Shown here: piece by piece, positions 45,849 through 60,800 of the stretch | How positions within the stretch are numbered: the stretch's first letter is position 1 | How the letters are laid out: each line of letters begins with the position of its first letter | Assembly: GCA_965287045.1 (NCBI GenBank) | Contig: OZ336903.1 | Span: forward strand, 1,178,001 to 1,242,000 | Reading direction: 5' to 3' | Length of the DNA: 64,000 nucleotides | DNA from: Carcharhinus amblyrhynchos | Taxonomy: Eukaryota | The notes under the pieces: model-generated | Told to the model about the DNA's origin: nothing | The model's database searches: none | The model's input: only the letters and a program-made list of their open reading frames with translations | Position numbers and translations under genes: made by a program

Positions 45849-48800
45849 CTGAAGAGCCACGTTTCATGATTTGCATCGGTATTAATCAATTAAGTTAAAA
45901 AAAACTAGATGCAAAAGCGGATTATGGGGATAGGAAGTCAGTTTAAAATTATTACCTCAAATCCGGTGATTTCAGACTTACTAACAGCTTCTCCTATTGG
46001 GCAAAGTTAATGTTGCCGGAATACCAGCTGAGTACCTGGCTGGGAATCTGGTTCTCTGGTGACGGGTTTTAGATTCCTGGGTCGTTGGGAGAGGTTCAGG
46101 AGGTGTGGGGGCGGTGGGAGGGGGAGGGGGCGGTGGTGGTGGGGGATGAGATCAATACAAAGTGAACGTGTTGTACCTGGTTGGGACGGGGAATGCTGTC
46201 CTGTGGTGAGTGTTTGATAGTGTGGTTAGGAAGGGATAAAACAGAATGACAAGTTGATGGGAACACAAAGTGTGTGACATAGGAAAGAGAAACACGAGAA
46301 ACAATAATAAAGAGAGAACAGTAAGATGCAACATCGGAGCTCGGATAATCAACGACGAGAGGCAAATATAGTCACTGCACAAATACTGATTAATAATGGG
46401 AAAAGAAACATCGCTGCCACTATGCACATTGGTATTCGGTAGAATAAGAGGTTATCTCATTGAAACATAGGATTGTTATGGGGATCGACAGGATAAATGC
46501 TGAGAGGATGTTGTCACCCCTCCCCCCACCCACCCACACATTAGAGATTCTAGCACCAGACTGCGCAGAATGAGATGAAAGGGAACCAACTTGAGACTGA
46601 AATTTGAAGTGTTTTTTTTTCTTCTCTCAACATGTTGTGAATCTTTGGAACTCGTTGCCACAGAGAGCTGTGGAGGCAGAGTCCTTGTGCACATTTAAGG
46701 CTGTGATTGGTAGATCATTAATCAGTAAAGGAATGAAGGGATCCGGGGAAAGGGCAAGAGAGTCAATATGATGAATGTCTGATTAGTCACGATCCACTGA
46801 GGGGCGGACCAGGGTCGAGGGGCTGAACGGCCTAATCCTGTTCCAATTTCTTATCAACTTATTGTGTACTGATCACGGTCGACTGTTTAAGAAAAGGAAC
46901 AATCAAAGATTTATCTCACCCAGAGTGCTGAGATCACCGCTGGAAGTTGTCAAAGTGAAGATACCGTCAGGGTCCCGGTTCAGCAGCAAGTGCCCACTCT
47001 GAGGGTCAATGTTTTCAGTCTCAGCATCGTCATAGCCTGTCAAAGCAGGAGCTGAGAGGGAAATGTATTTGAATTGAAATTAATTAGTAAAAAAGGACAG
47101 TTAGAATGATCTCCTTAAATGTCTATTTCCACAGCAATTATGGAACAGATATTGATTTATTGTGGCTTGGAGACCAGTGAATTAGATTATGGGGAATCAC
47201 TGGACGAAATTGTGTTTTTTTTTTCAATTTTAGTTCAAATTTATACCGTTCTAATGAGCCACCGATCCCACAAACCAGTACACAATTCAGAGCCAAGAGA
47301 GGCTTCTGGGGAGATACATGGTAATATCAATTGTTCGGAACAATGATAAACATTGTTTCAGAATGAACGTTTCTGTAACTGAAACCATTCTGCAATGTCA
47401 GAGCTACTTGGCACTGTCATTTCATGGTGTACACGTCATGGTGTACACGTTTGGAGATTTCAGAAGCTATTTTAGATATTACAGAGTGAGAAGGCTTGGA
47501 TGGAAATGGTAGGATGTAAACTTCGACCTACCCTGAATAGAGGAGGAATCCACCTCAGGATATTCTGATCCAGGATCCGTGTCTCCCAAACTGTGACTGG
47601 TGTAATATTCAATCTGATTGAAGGAGTCAATGCTTGAAGAAACTGGCAAGCACAAAATAATTGGTTAGTTGGCAAATGTGTTACTGAGCCGTTGCGATGT
47701 TATCTTGGCGGACAGTGATTCAGAAAGTCAGAGCCGAGATCACAACAAGTTCATCGCCTCTGTGGAAACATCCTAACATTTGATCATGGCACCAATTTGG
47801 GATAACAGTCAGCAGACTGACTGCAGTGGTCCAAAGTGAAGAACTAGCACTACCTTACTGGACAATGGGTGTCACTCTGGCTTCGAACTGTCCAATCCCT
47901 TAGGGCAGATAATGTATCAGATATCAGAGAACCGGGAATTTGTAAAAAAAAACAATTACATCTGGGCCAGCTTTTACGATCCAGAATCACTTTTCCCTGT
48001 CGTTTTATTCCCCCTGTCTTGAACTGATATTTATTTGATGGCATTCTCCTTTCACTTTCTTCATCACAGCATCACTATTTGCTTTCCACCAGCAGTCTGA
48101 CATTACACCCTTTAATAATGATTCTGTGAAAAGCTGCAATTCTGCTTCCGCTAGAATTTTTATATCTTTGAAAATGCATGGATGGAAATGTTCCAATGAG
48201 TTTAATGTTGTTATTTCGTTTTTGATTCTACCTGTTGATACCATTCCCATTCACATCTTGTGAAGTCAAGAACTTGAGTTTTATCTCTGGTATAAACTGA
48301 AACAAACAATTGATTAATATTTATGTAATTTCAGTATTGGGATTGTTGGTAAAAACTAAACCTCGAAAATACCTGAAGTAAGTTCTGAATTGGCCATTTT
48401 ATTTCTGTTCGATTGAATATTTTTCCCCTTTAATTAACACGCCATTATTCACTAATATAGTAGCCCTCGTTTGTCGCCTTAACAAATTACATCATCTTTT
48501 TGTTTCCTGATTCTACATCTCGTTTGGCTCAGTTCACGGCTCCACTGAGTCTCACACACTTCCACGACTGATTTTGCTTGCTTGCATTGGCGATTTGTCT
48601 TTACACTTAATGGGTTTCATTTTTTCTTTTTTATTTGGTTGTTCTTGTTTTTTTTATATTTTCATTCAGTCCAAAAATGGATTAAAATACCCATTTTAGA
48701 AAAATAAAACTGTCGTACTCCAGATATTTTCCCAAATACTAATCTATCCTGTAATTAGCCGCTGAGTGTGCATTAATGCATTGAATTCATTTACACAATC

Positions 48801-51800
48801 AGTCACATGTTTTAAATATTATTATTTAGATCAGACTTTGATGTGTGCAAGGTGCAAACCAGTTGGAAATTGGAAACAGCTACTTTGTTCTTCTTAAACA
48901 GAAGGGAAAATTATCCTTGAACAATAATGAACATTGGTAATCTGATCAGGACACAAATCCTCTGAAGATAAAACGGTCATTTAAAATGTCTCCTTTCTAC
49001 ATGAGGACGGTGAGGTTAATGCTTCCCTTGAGCGTGGCTAAAGTGGGTAAAGAATAAGCGGCATTTTTCCATGTAGCTTGGGTTAAAAAAACACAAACCT
49101 GAAGCACGGTACTGAGTGTCTTGCCTGGAGGGAGGAATGTCATCTATTTCTTCATAAATGGCTTGGTATATAAAAGGACGTGGATCCCAACCTCCCGCAA
49201 CAGGTTCTGTTGGAGGAAAATAGGGACAATTAGCATATTGATACATTCTGTTCCTGTATATCTGTCCATGATTTTTATTGATTTTTATCTCCCCCTATGA
49301 CGAGGTTAGATTCAAACTAGGATCTCACAGAATTTATTTTGTTTCTCTGCATCATGAATCCAGTGTTGATGCCACTGCCTCCATCACAAGGAGCACTGAG
49401 GCATTTAGAGACCAGTGAAAGTCAGCGCATAAGATTGGAATCAAGAAAATTCGGTGCGAGTTCAGACTCTTGCAGTAGTTTTGTTTATCTGTTCAAAACT
49501 AGTGGTGCAAAAGGCAGACATTCATCAGATTCCATGGCCATGTTTTAACATGGAGCAGGTCAGTAACCTGTTACCAGAGGAGCCCAACTCCATACCAACC
49601 ATGGCCGGACAGTAATACCTCCCGCTCTCACCGCTTGGGATTGTTGCCTTGGAAGGGTTTTACAGGAAGTGCTGACACTTTGTTCCTATAAAGTCTTGGG
49701 ATTGAACCTGGTGCGTTTGTCTCAGAGATCAGGATGCTATTCACCGGCATCGATCTTGTAATATTAGTTGGACAGTTTTGCTGGGATGCAGTATTGGAAT
49801 TGATTCTTGTGGAAAATCATACGATCACGTCTCAAAATGGGTCGATTACTGTTCGAGAACTCGGCACGCCCAAACACTCAGTGTTAGTTTGCAACCAATT
49901 GTAAGTGGAAACAAAATGTCAGTTGTTAAATAGTTAATGGACACATTTCAACATAGGAATTAGAAGGAACATAAGAATTAACAGCGAAATTGGGCAATTC
50001 AGCCATTTGAGCCCGTTCCACCATTCTATACGATCATCGCCGATCATATCCAGCTCGATTTGAGCTTTATCCAGCTTTCATTGAGTCAGATAATTGTTTA
50101 TTTCTTGAATCTGCTGACTGATTCTGTCTCCCCTCACTCTGGGCCGTCTTTCCACAAGATCACAACCATCTGAGAGAATGTATCCCTCACTTCAGCTTTG
50201 GAACTCCTTCCTCTCACTCTAAATCTATGAGTCTTTGTTGTAGACTATCCAACAAAGAGCAATATCGGCTCAACATCCACCTCATCAATCTCTTTATCAT
50301 TTTGTAAACCTCAATCAGAACCCCCCGAATTTTTTTGAGCTCCAGCAAGTACAAGCTCAACTTATTCAAATGTTCTTCATACATTGACCCTTTCATTCCT
50401 GGAATCAATCTGATGAGCATCGTCTGAACTGCCTCCAGTATCAGCACATCCTTCATCATGTCTGGAGACTAAATATGGACACGATTCTCTTGGTGCAGTC
50501 TCACGCAGGCCTTATCCAGAATTAACAACATTGCTTTACAAGTAAATTCCTGTCCATTTGCAGTAAATGCCAAAATTCAAATTGGCGTTCTTATAAAATG
50601 ATGCACTTGTAAATTCACGTTCTGTCATTCAAGCACACGGAGACCCAAATCCCTCCGCATTGACAGACTGTGAATATTCTTCCCAATGAAACAATCATTT
50701 ACCCTTTTCATTGTTCTTTTTTTCTGCAAAAATGAATGTCCACACAAATATCCATATCACTCTCCTTTTGTCACATTCTGGCCCATTGTCCTAAGCTGTC
50801 AATACTCATCTGTAATCTCTATAATCTCATCAGAACCAGCTTTCCCACTCATATTTTGATCATCCGCAAAGTTTGCAATGTTTCACTCTGGCCTCAATCG
50901 CAGGTCAGTGAACTGTTGAAAACTGAACGTTGCATCTTGCCTCATATTAAATTTTGCTCGCTATCCAAAGAAGGGCCTTTTTATCCCTATCCTGTGCTTT
51001 CTTTCACTCAACCAATCCTCTCTCCATGACAATATTCTGGACCCAACCTTTGGGATCTAACACTCTTGCCTAATGCCTTGAAGCATCCAGATATGCCACA
51101 TCCACATGATCCCTATCATTCATCTCGCTGTTTAAATCCTCAAAAAAAACTCGAACAAGATTGTCAAACACAACTTATGCTTCATAAAATCGTGCTGACT
51201 GTGGCGAATTCCGCTTTGTTTTCCATTGATCAGTTATCTCCTGACAATGACAGACTGCAAGGACTTCCCAACATAGAGGTCAAAATAAGGGGTTTACATT
51301 TTGCCACTTTTTGCTTCTCTGTTTTTTTTTGAATAAATTTGTCTTGTCACCGTGTTTCCAATCCAGAGATATCTTTCCGAAATCAAGGAAAAATTGGAAT
51401 AATATAACTAATGCACCCACTATCTCTGCTGACACGTCCTTTAATACGAAAGGGTGCAGGCCATCGAAGTTCAATTTGTTCCATTCAAGTTTAAAATGAT
51501 TGCAACAAAACAAAAATTCTATTCCGTACCTCATGCTTTGGTGGATGGTGTAGGAATATGAATGTAAATTACTCCCTCATTGAAATGTAATATTTTGCTA
51601 TTGCTCATGTGACTCGAAATAAATTAAAGACCAATGATCGGTTAATTTGTTTTTGAAATGTACCCAAGTACATTTGCAAAACGGCAGAGAAGCCCCTTAT
51701 GATGTATGAAGCAACATCCATGACTCAGCGTGGGTTCAGGGATATGATTCGGGCCTTACCTTTTATTGATGATCTTCTCTGCATTACTACCAAAAGGGCG

Positions 51801-54800
51801 ATTAACTCACAGATCAACAGGACGCCGAGTGATATGCAGATGACCAGAGGGATGGAGGTGCTTTCATCTTTATATCCTTGATGAAAGATTCAAGGAAGTT
51901 TGTGAGATAAAGTGCCCACAATGTTTTAAATACTTACATGATTATCAAACACTCAGACTGTCGGTAGAAATTGACAAAAAAAAGGCAAAACAAATGTGTG
52001 GCAACTATTAATTGTAATGTAAAATGAGCCGTAATAGAGATTGATATTTATTCCTGAGACATACCGGAAGGTGTGGGCAGAACAGTTGGAGATAATTCCC
52101 GACCTGATGGAGATATGGTGAAAGGGAGACAATTATTTACATTGTTGGTCAGAAAGACATTTGAAAACATTAATTGATTTCAGCAAAAATGGGCGAACAG
52201 CGTCACACAGTCCCAAACCACACCGCTCAATGGGACACTTACCGGAACAAATCACACTGGCATCTTCCTTGTGATCACAGTCAGACTGAACTAATGCTGA
52301 AGGACAGTCAAACAGAAAGGATTCGCTTCCGGTGCACTTCACCTCATCCAGCCAGATAGTACCGTTACCCTGCCCAAAAGCGGCCCCTCCTGTGGCCTCG
52401 AGAGCAGAGCCACAGCCCAGCTGTCTGCAGACAACACTGGCATCGTTCATATCCCAGGAATCATCACACACCGTGCCCCAGGCTCTATTACACCATATCT
52501 CCACTCTCCCGGAGCAGCTCTTGGTACCTCCAGACAAGCGCAAACTTTGTCCTGAATTTGTTAAAGATAATAAATCAATTATTAACCCTGATGTAGCACA
52601 AGAGAGGAATACAATCAGATCGCTGGTTTATTAAAGTTGGCAAAACACCTGATTCTCTCTTGCAGCTGTTCACAGTTTCCTGTTCTTGCTTCGGTGTCCC
52701 TCGCTCTGTTGATAAGGCAAACATGTTGACTCCATGAGCGACATCAATATTTCAAATCACACCTGTAAGTAGAATGATTCATTGTGTTACCTGAACAAAC
52801 GATGCCTGCATCGTCCCAATGGGTACAGTTGTGTTGACCCCACGGGTCTGCCTGGCACTGCCGAAGATTCAACTCCTGTGAAAGACACTCGATATTATCC
52901 AGCCAAATAGGCCCGGATCCCACTCCGAATCGGCGAGAGCCATAGTCAATGAAAACGGTTGGGCCACAGTTAGCCTGTTTACAGATTACAGTAGCATCTT
53001 GCCCACCCAGGTCTTCTGAGCACACTGTTCCCCACGTCTCATTGTAGAAAACTTCCACTCTGCCTTCACAGCGATGCTTTCCGCTCACCAAACGCACCTC
53101 TTTGTGCTCTGTCAAACAAATGATATATACCCAGATGATATCTTCTTTAACCAGAGTGTCTAATATCTGTTGTGCCAGTTGAGGTCACCGTTTGAGAGAT
53201 ATATTTCGCAAAGATCACAAAAAAAGTTGAATTCGAACGATATAATCAAGAATATGCGACATTGAGATTTAATGGGAAGCTTTGGGTGATGGACTCAATC
53301 AACTCTGGCCAAATCCTCCCTCATGTCATTGTAGTTACCTTTATTTAACTGTAATCTCGCTCTATCAGATTCCAACTTCTCCCTCTCAAACTCTCGGGTA
53401 AATTCTGTCATGTTGTGGTCACTGCTCCCAAAGCGCTCCTTAAGTTCCCTAATCAAATCTGCCTCATTGCACATCACCAAATCCAAAATTACCTCCTCCC
53501 CCGCTCTGTCACAAACTGGACCAGAAAGCCCTTTCTTAGACAGTCCACAAACTCCTTTTTTCTGGGATTCACTACCGAACTGATTTCCCCACTTGGACTA
53601 TGGGAAGTATATGAGGGATATAGAAAAAGAAGGGAACGCGATGAAATGGACGGAACAAAGACTTCAGTGACAGTTATGTCCAGAATAAGAAAGTGAGTCT
53701 TTGTGCCAAATAGCCTTCCAAAGTGTGTGTGTTTTTAACGTAATTTAGGAACTCATCTTAACATAGAACATCGAACACCACAGCACAAACAGGCCCTTCA
53801 GCCCACAAGTTGTGCCGATCACATCTTATGTATGAAGCTTCGGTTATAAGTGCAGAAAGTGGGACAGTTACCAGAGCACATGATCTTCACATCTTCTTTA
53901 TGACTACAGTCGTGTTTACCCCACAATGCATGGGGACATTCCCAGAGAAATGATTCACTCCCGGAGCATTCCAGTGAATTCAACCAAATTGGCTGTGTGT
54001 CAGGTCCAGCCAATGCAGGAAGAGGAAGCCGCAATGCATGTCCACAACCCAGATCTTTGCAAACTACGTCAGCGTCTGACACATCCCAGGAATCATCACA
54101 AACTGAGCCCCAGGTCCTGTTGTGATAAATTTCCAAACGGCCCGCACATCGGCTTCCACTGCCAGACAGCCTTAACTGCATGTGTTCTAATAGAAACAAA
54201 ATGGGAGCGTCATGTTATACTTCCAATGCATACTCATCTCATTGTTAAATTCAAACTATTACATCATGTGAAGTAAATTAAAGCCTGTATTTAACTGCTT
54301 TTCACAGAGAGATTAATCTCCGCTCAAGAAAAAAAAATACTCTTACATGAAGTTACAATTTTAGACACTACGGATCATCCAGATATTCGCATTTCTGACA
54401 ATAAACAGTCCCATGGATTTCGGATTGGAACTGACCTGTTCATTGCTGCATGGTTTGCTTTACCAGAAATTGTGCCACTGTGGTAATTAATTGTTCCACA
54501 CAGAATGGTTTCAGCAAACATGTTTTTTCTTTTCACTACTACGTCATTTTGCCATGCATATTTCATCAGGTATCTCGCTAGTTCGCCCATTTATATCGGA
54601 TCAAATAAGAAATACTGCAAATAGTCTGGCAGCGACTTGACCTTTCAGACAGTGACCTTTCCTACGAATTTGCTGCTAATCTGCTCATCACTTCCTTGTT
54701 TTCTCAAAAAATGCAGATTTCAAAACTCTCCTGATGGCCGCCGCTCCAAAACACATGGATGCAATCAAAATGTTTCTAAATGAACCGCGCACATTCCAAC

Positions 54801-57800
54801 TCATCAGCAGCGACCAGCGCACGTGCAAACCGGCACCCACACCCCACTGCCTCCCCAATCCCCTCCCCTTCCCCCTTGCTGACCAACAGCATCACTAACA
54901 CTGGCAATTTATGAAATGTCACAATATCTCATTTGCTGTGTTGATGTAACCCTCATTTGTGGCTAATAAGGAAACTATTTGATTTACACTGGCTGTTCTT
55001 CCGTCAACATAAATTAGCTTCAATATATCATGGTCATGTTCAACGGCACTTATACACTCCATGACTGCCCACCGCTTCACCATAGTTACCCCGGCCACCC
55101 GACACCAGCATGAGAACCAGCGTTGATAGATTTAATTCACTGAAGAGTTTGGATTTCCGTCACATCTGACACTTCACACAGCAAGCCTTTCCTCATACTT
55201 AGTTAACGCTCATAATTTTGGGGACTGGGACACAAGATTGGAATTTTCTTCTCATACATGGCCCCCTCTCTCCCTTCGCTATGCTGTTGTAACCCACCCA
55301 ACACTGATCAGCATATTATTTCCCACTGCCGAAACTGTCTTTGTTTGTGTTGGTCTCAATTTACTGAGGGAAATTACTTTGAGATTTATAAAGTTGTTTT
55401 TTTTTATTACATTTTTGTTGTTATAATATTCCAAACTACGTGTTTTTTTTCTTTCCCCGTGACGTTCTGTTCAGCATCCTGGCGCCAGTGTCAAATATCT
55501 CAGCTTTATGCTCCCGAAAAAGGAGTGAAGTCTCTACGCAGTTGACCAAGATTACAGTTTTCCCTTTATGTTTCCGGAAAAGTGACCTGTTTATTCACCT
55601 GAGCACAGAACCCCTACACCGATGCTGTCACTGCGATGCGGGTTCAATGTGAATGTGCTGCAGTTCCAGAGATGCGATTCGTTTCCTTCACACTGGACAT
55701 CATTCACCCACACAGGCCCTTCACCCTCTCCGTACTTTGAATTGTTATAAGCGGTTACCGCTTCGCCGCAGCCCAGCTGTCTACAGGCCACATTAGCGTC
55801 ATTCAGATCCCAGAGGCTGTCCTGCACTCTGCCCCAGCTGTGGTTGTAGTAAATCTCCACTCGCCCATCACACCGACTTCCCCCATTCATCAATCTCAGT
55901 GGCCAGTTTTCATCTAGGCGAAGAAAGGCATGGAGAACAGTGGTTACACTGCAGCAAATTAAATCAAATTAATATTATCTTTCACCAGAGCAGCTCCCCC
56001 GGAGCAGAGGTGAAGGATGTGATGAGAGGCTGCTTAGCACAGTCAGACAGGAGGCTGAACAGCCAGCGTGGCTGCTCTGAATCTGAAGCAAATACATTAA
56101 TAGACAGAGTGATAATATATGTTTATGGAATTCGAGGATGGACCAGCAATTCGGCGATCTAATGTAGAAATATCCTCTTCAATCCCAGCGCCATGTGTTT
56201 CCATTACCTTGATTTAGGGACTCACCCGTGCAGATGACACTGACGTCATTTCCATGTGAGCAGGTAAACTCTTCCACGGATGAAACCGGACACTCCCACA
56301 ACCGGGACTCGTTCCCGCGGCAGTTGAGGTTCCCCTTCCATATTGTCCCATTTCCCTTTCCAAAGGCTGCACCTCTCAGGATTTTCTCTACCACTCCACA
56401 CTGAAGATGCTCACAGACCACACTGGCGTCTTCTAAATCAAAGTAAAGATCACAGAGCGTCCCCAAGTGTTCTCCATGCGGCACTTCCACCCGGCCGGAG
56501 CACCTGTCCTTTCCACCAACCAATCTCAGCTCATGCTTTCCTGTTTCAGGGACAAACACAGACACAAATAATTTATACATCGAAATTAAAAGAAAGGCAT
56601 GCCAGCATTTTTTTTTGCGTAAAGGTGAGAGCTCTGATAGCATGCGCATCTACAATCATTCCCCACTATTCACAACCAATCATTTAGAACGAATTAACAT
56701 CATATATGATGCTTTTAAGAAGGTGCTTCAACCCAAAGCGAGCAGTCCATCCTGAAGGCAAAAGTTATTTTGCTATTGGCAGAATATAGTGCCTATAGAG
56801 AAGGACCATAATATGCTTGAAATAAACTGCAGTGTTTAAGCATTGCATTATGAGGCAACTATAAAACAATATCCTCTGGAGCAATAACCTGAGCCTAAAA
56901 TGGTAGATGCGCTTCCAAAATTAGACAGCATCTCGCACCAGGAAATTCAGCCACTAAATGACGTTCGAAAAGCTATTGCACTATTTTGGGAATAATGCGC
57001 ATTATTGACGCGTTTTCCATGCTTTGAAATCTCCAACATACATTTGTCCAATTTTACATGTTTCACTAGAAGTAAAACATGAACTTGTATTGCTGTTACT
57101 GAACTCATCCAATTATTTTGTTTGATGAAAGATAATTGAAATGCAAAACCCTTCATTTATTCTGCTGTGCCAATATTCTCTTTAGATGCAAACAGATTTA
57201 CAGTCTGCTACAGACTATGCAGTGGGATCACGGCATGGGAGGCAACACACGACTACCTGACAGGTCCACAAAGAATGTCATGTCAAATGTTTCAGAGAAA
57301 TATATGCCTGGCCTGGGCACTAAATCAACAACAATAATTTGCTAATTTGAGAACGTTAATAAAAATGTAAACATTTGCTATTTGTAAAAAGTGAGCATCC
57401 TTTGAAATATGAAGACCTGGTTGGACAAGTCCATGTTAGAGAGAGGCAGATCTGCAATCTCTCCTTTGTTTAAATATTAAAAACATTTTAAATTAATTTT
57501 CACAAGTCTGTACTCACCGGAACAGATCACACTGACATCGTTCCTGTGGGTGCACCTGGACCGATTTACAGGAACAAAGGTGCAGTCCATCAGGCTTGTC
57601 TCGCTCCCTTTACATTCAAATCTATCGTTCCATATAAGTCCAGTGCCCTCTCCAAAATAAGCCCCACTTCTAATGGAAACGGCGACTCCACACTGCAGCT
57701 CAGCACAGATCACTCTGGCATCATTCCAATCCAAGTCACGGTCACACACTGTGCTTGAAGCTGTATGGCTATGGATCTCCAATCTGCCGGAACATGGAAA

Positions 57801-60800
57801 AGCCCCGGATACTAGTTTTGAAAATCTGTGGGCTGAAAAACAACAGATCACAAAACACTAATTATTGTCAAAACGTATTCACATCCGCTTAACTAGATTC
57901 TACTATTATTAGTTCTGAATCGGGTTCCCCTGAGCTTCCCATTAATTTAAAGATTCAGGGGAATTACAGAGGTAAAAACATGGGGTGCGACGTGGATTCG
58001 ATGGCCTGCCCGGGAGACTCGACGGGCTGAATCCCCTTCTTCTGCATTAAGAAATTCTATAATTAAAGATGTTTCATCAAGTTCAATAGGTGTGAATTAT
58101 TATTCTCTCCCGAAGCCGTGTTCATTCTTAGAGCGATTCCTCTGGAACACTCTTACCCATCCGGACTTACATTGAACCGACTGCTGGTTTATCTCAATAA
58201 ATTCTGAGTATTCCTGCTCCCTACCGCCTGTTGATGGGAAATTCACAATGGCCAACAGGCGGACCTGAATCAATATCATTTCGAATTATTTACCCAGGAC
58301 TTTCTAACTGATAGACATCAAACGGAATTCTATTTTTGATTTTCGGCGCTGAAGCGTGTTGAGAATGAACGTTCTGAAATTACTTCAACCAGAAATGAAA
58401 CTATGTATCCCAGAATGTCTAAATAGTGATTAGCAAACAACACTCAAGCATTATTGAGGGTCTCTGGGCACAGGTAAAATGTGAAGGCCAGGTAAAAAAA
58501 ACGTTATCAAAAGCCCTCCTAGAATTTTAGCTTTTCTATTTTGACGGCGAGAGCATGAAGGGGGAGAGCTTCTGTTTCAAGTTTCAAGAACATTGTACAG
58601 TCCATATCTGGAATGGGAATGAACAATAACTGCATCACTGAAATGATCTCCTGTTCTGGAAAGCAGTCCAGTGGAAGTCTCCCAGGCTGCTGGTTACTGT
58701 GACGAGAACCCATCTCCTTCTATCAGTTTACACTGTCTGAGATCTGTCTGAAGCTGCAGCGACGTTAAATGATAAAACAACTCATCTCCCTTCATTTTAT
58801 TCAGAATAAAGTATCAACTGCCGAACATTTGAATGGAACTCTCTCCCAATGACATTTCTGATTTCTCCCGCTGATAAACGCTAAAGGTAAACTTGTCCGA
58901 AAAAAAACACGTGTGGAAACCATGTAGGAACAGTTGTTATTCATCAGATTCGGGAAGTGAGAGGGAGATAAGTTTCCAAATAGTATCAAACATTTTAGGG
59001 CGAGGATTTACATGGCAGCTATTAAAAAGACACGCCTGGGGAGACAGGGGATATCCAGCCAGTCCCCTCTCACACAGAATCAGAAAATGTTGGAACAATT
59101 CAGCAGCTGTGGGAGAATTAGTGGCGAGGGAAGAATAGAGGGATGTTTCCAGTCCGCAGGACTCTCCTCCAGACCCTTCTCATCCTCACTCCGCTCTTGG
59201 AACACCTTCAATCTGCCCACTGATTGCTGCTCTGAAAGTAGCCGCAGTGACTGGATAAGCGCTCTATGGCCTCCGCAATCAATAGTCAGTAAATGTCAAA
59301 CACATGGACCGAGACACCCGGATTTAATTCAGAGACAGCCGCCAATTCTGACCGAGTGCCGAATGATCCGGACTCCGCATGAATGCACTTCCGCATGAAT
59401 GCACTTCCGTACACAACCAGTCCATCAAAGCATGCCTCAAATTTTGACTCTGCCCAGGCAAGACCGGGACAGAATAGTCCGCCCGGGACTCTTTCTCGCT
59501 GTCCTTCCAGGTCTGTCCGCCCCCTCCCCCACCGTGGTTGCTGACAGGTCCGTGTCTGTCTCCAGGCGTGTGGTTTTGTCGGTTGAGGCATTGGGGGAGG
59601 GGTGGTGATGGAGAACTCGAAGGGTTGGGGGATCGGGATGCCTCCGACCGTATATCTGGGGTGCAACCACATTTTCATTTGAGGGGAAAATTTCTGGAGT
59701 GCGACGCAAAAAAAAAGGCATTTAGAATCGGGCGATTTGGAGTTACGTTAAAATAGTAGGATAAGCCAAACGCTGCGGACAGATGAAGATAAACTGTTGC
59801 TCAGCAGAAGCCTGATTGTTGTCCAGGATTTGCTCTGTGTGGCCCTGGAATGATTCATTATTTGTTGAATGGTGACCAGAACTGAACAGTGAGGAACCAG
59901 GAGCGAACAACTCCTCTCCTGAACACAGCTAACAGCAAGAGCTCAGCTCAAGGACACAGCGGGTCTGTGCACGGTTGTGGTCATTGTTAATCACTCTCAT
60001 TGCTGTTGCTTTATTATAAACTAAAATCCTGGTGTTCATGTAACCACAACTCGATTTACTGAATATTAAAATTATTCGCCAGTCTCTTTACGACTGTGTA
60101 TAGTCTCCGAATACTTTATCCGCCCTTTCCCGGAGAGTAGATTGGGGACTTTTTTTTTACCTGAGCAAATCACACCGGCATCATTGGAGTGCGAATAGCC
60201 ATAGTGACTCCATGGATCTGAGGGACATTCCCGCAGGGCTGTCTCGGTCCCTTCGCACTGAACATCATACGTCACAATGGGTCCGGCTCCTCCCCCAAAG
60301 TGAGCCCCGCCTGGTGCAGAGAGCGCGGTCCCGCAGCCCAGCTCCCCACACACAACATCGGCGTCCCGCTGGTCCCAGTCACTATCAAACACAGTGCCCC
60401 ACTGTCCCCTGTAGTGAATCTCCACTCTCCCAGCGCACCGACTCTGCCCATTCGCCAGTCTCAGCTTCACCGCCTCTGTAAAATACAGAAATAAACCAAC
60501 AGTTATTGGCCAGCTGATGCAGCAGGTCAGATAGGAGTCAAGTCAAGCATCCAGTGTGTTAAGGATTTCAACAAACCCTGGGATAATATGAGATAAGAAC
60601 AACGAACAAAAAAATTTACAGCACAGGAACAGGCCCTTCCGCCCTCTTCGCCTGTAGCGACCTTACTGCCCGACTGAACTAAAAACCCCTACCGTTCTGG
60701 GGACCATATTCCTCTATTCCCATCCGATTCCTGTACTTGTCAAAACTCCCCTTAAAAGTCACTACTGTATCCGCTTCCACTCCCTCCCCCTGAGACATTG

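Noticed and set aside
49560-49810. Possible extra exon of gene B
   Set aside because: In-frame stop in phase 1; the TM exon joins directly to the YEEI exon
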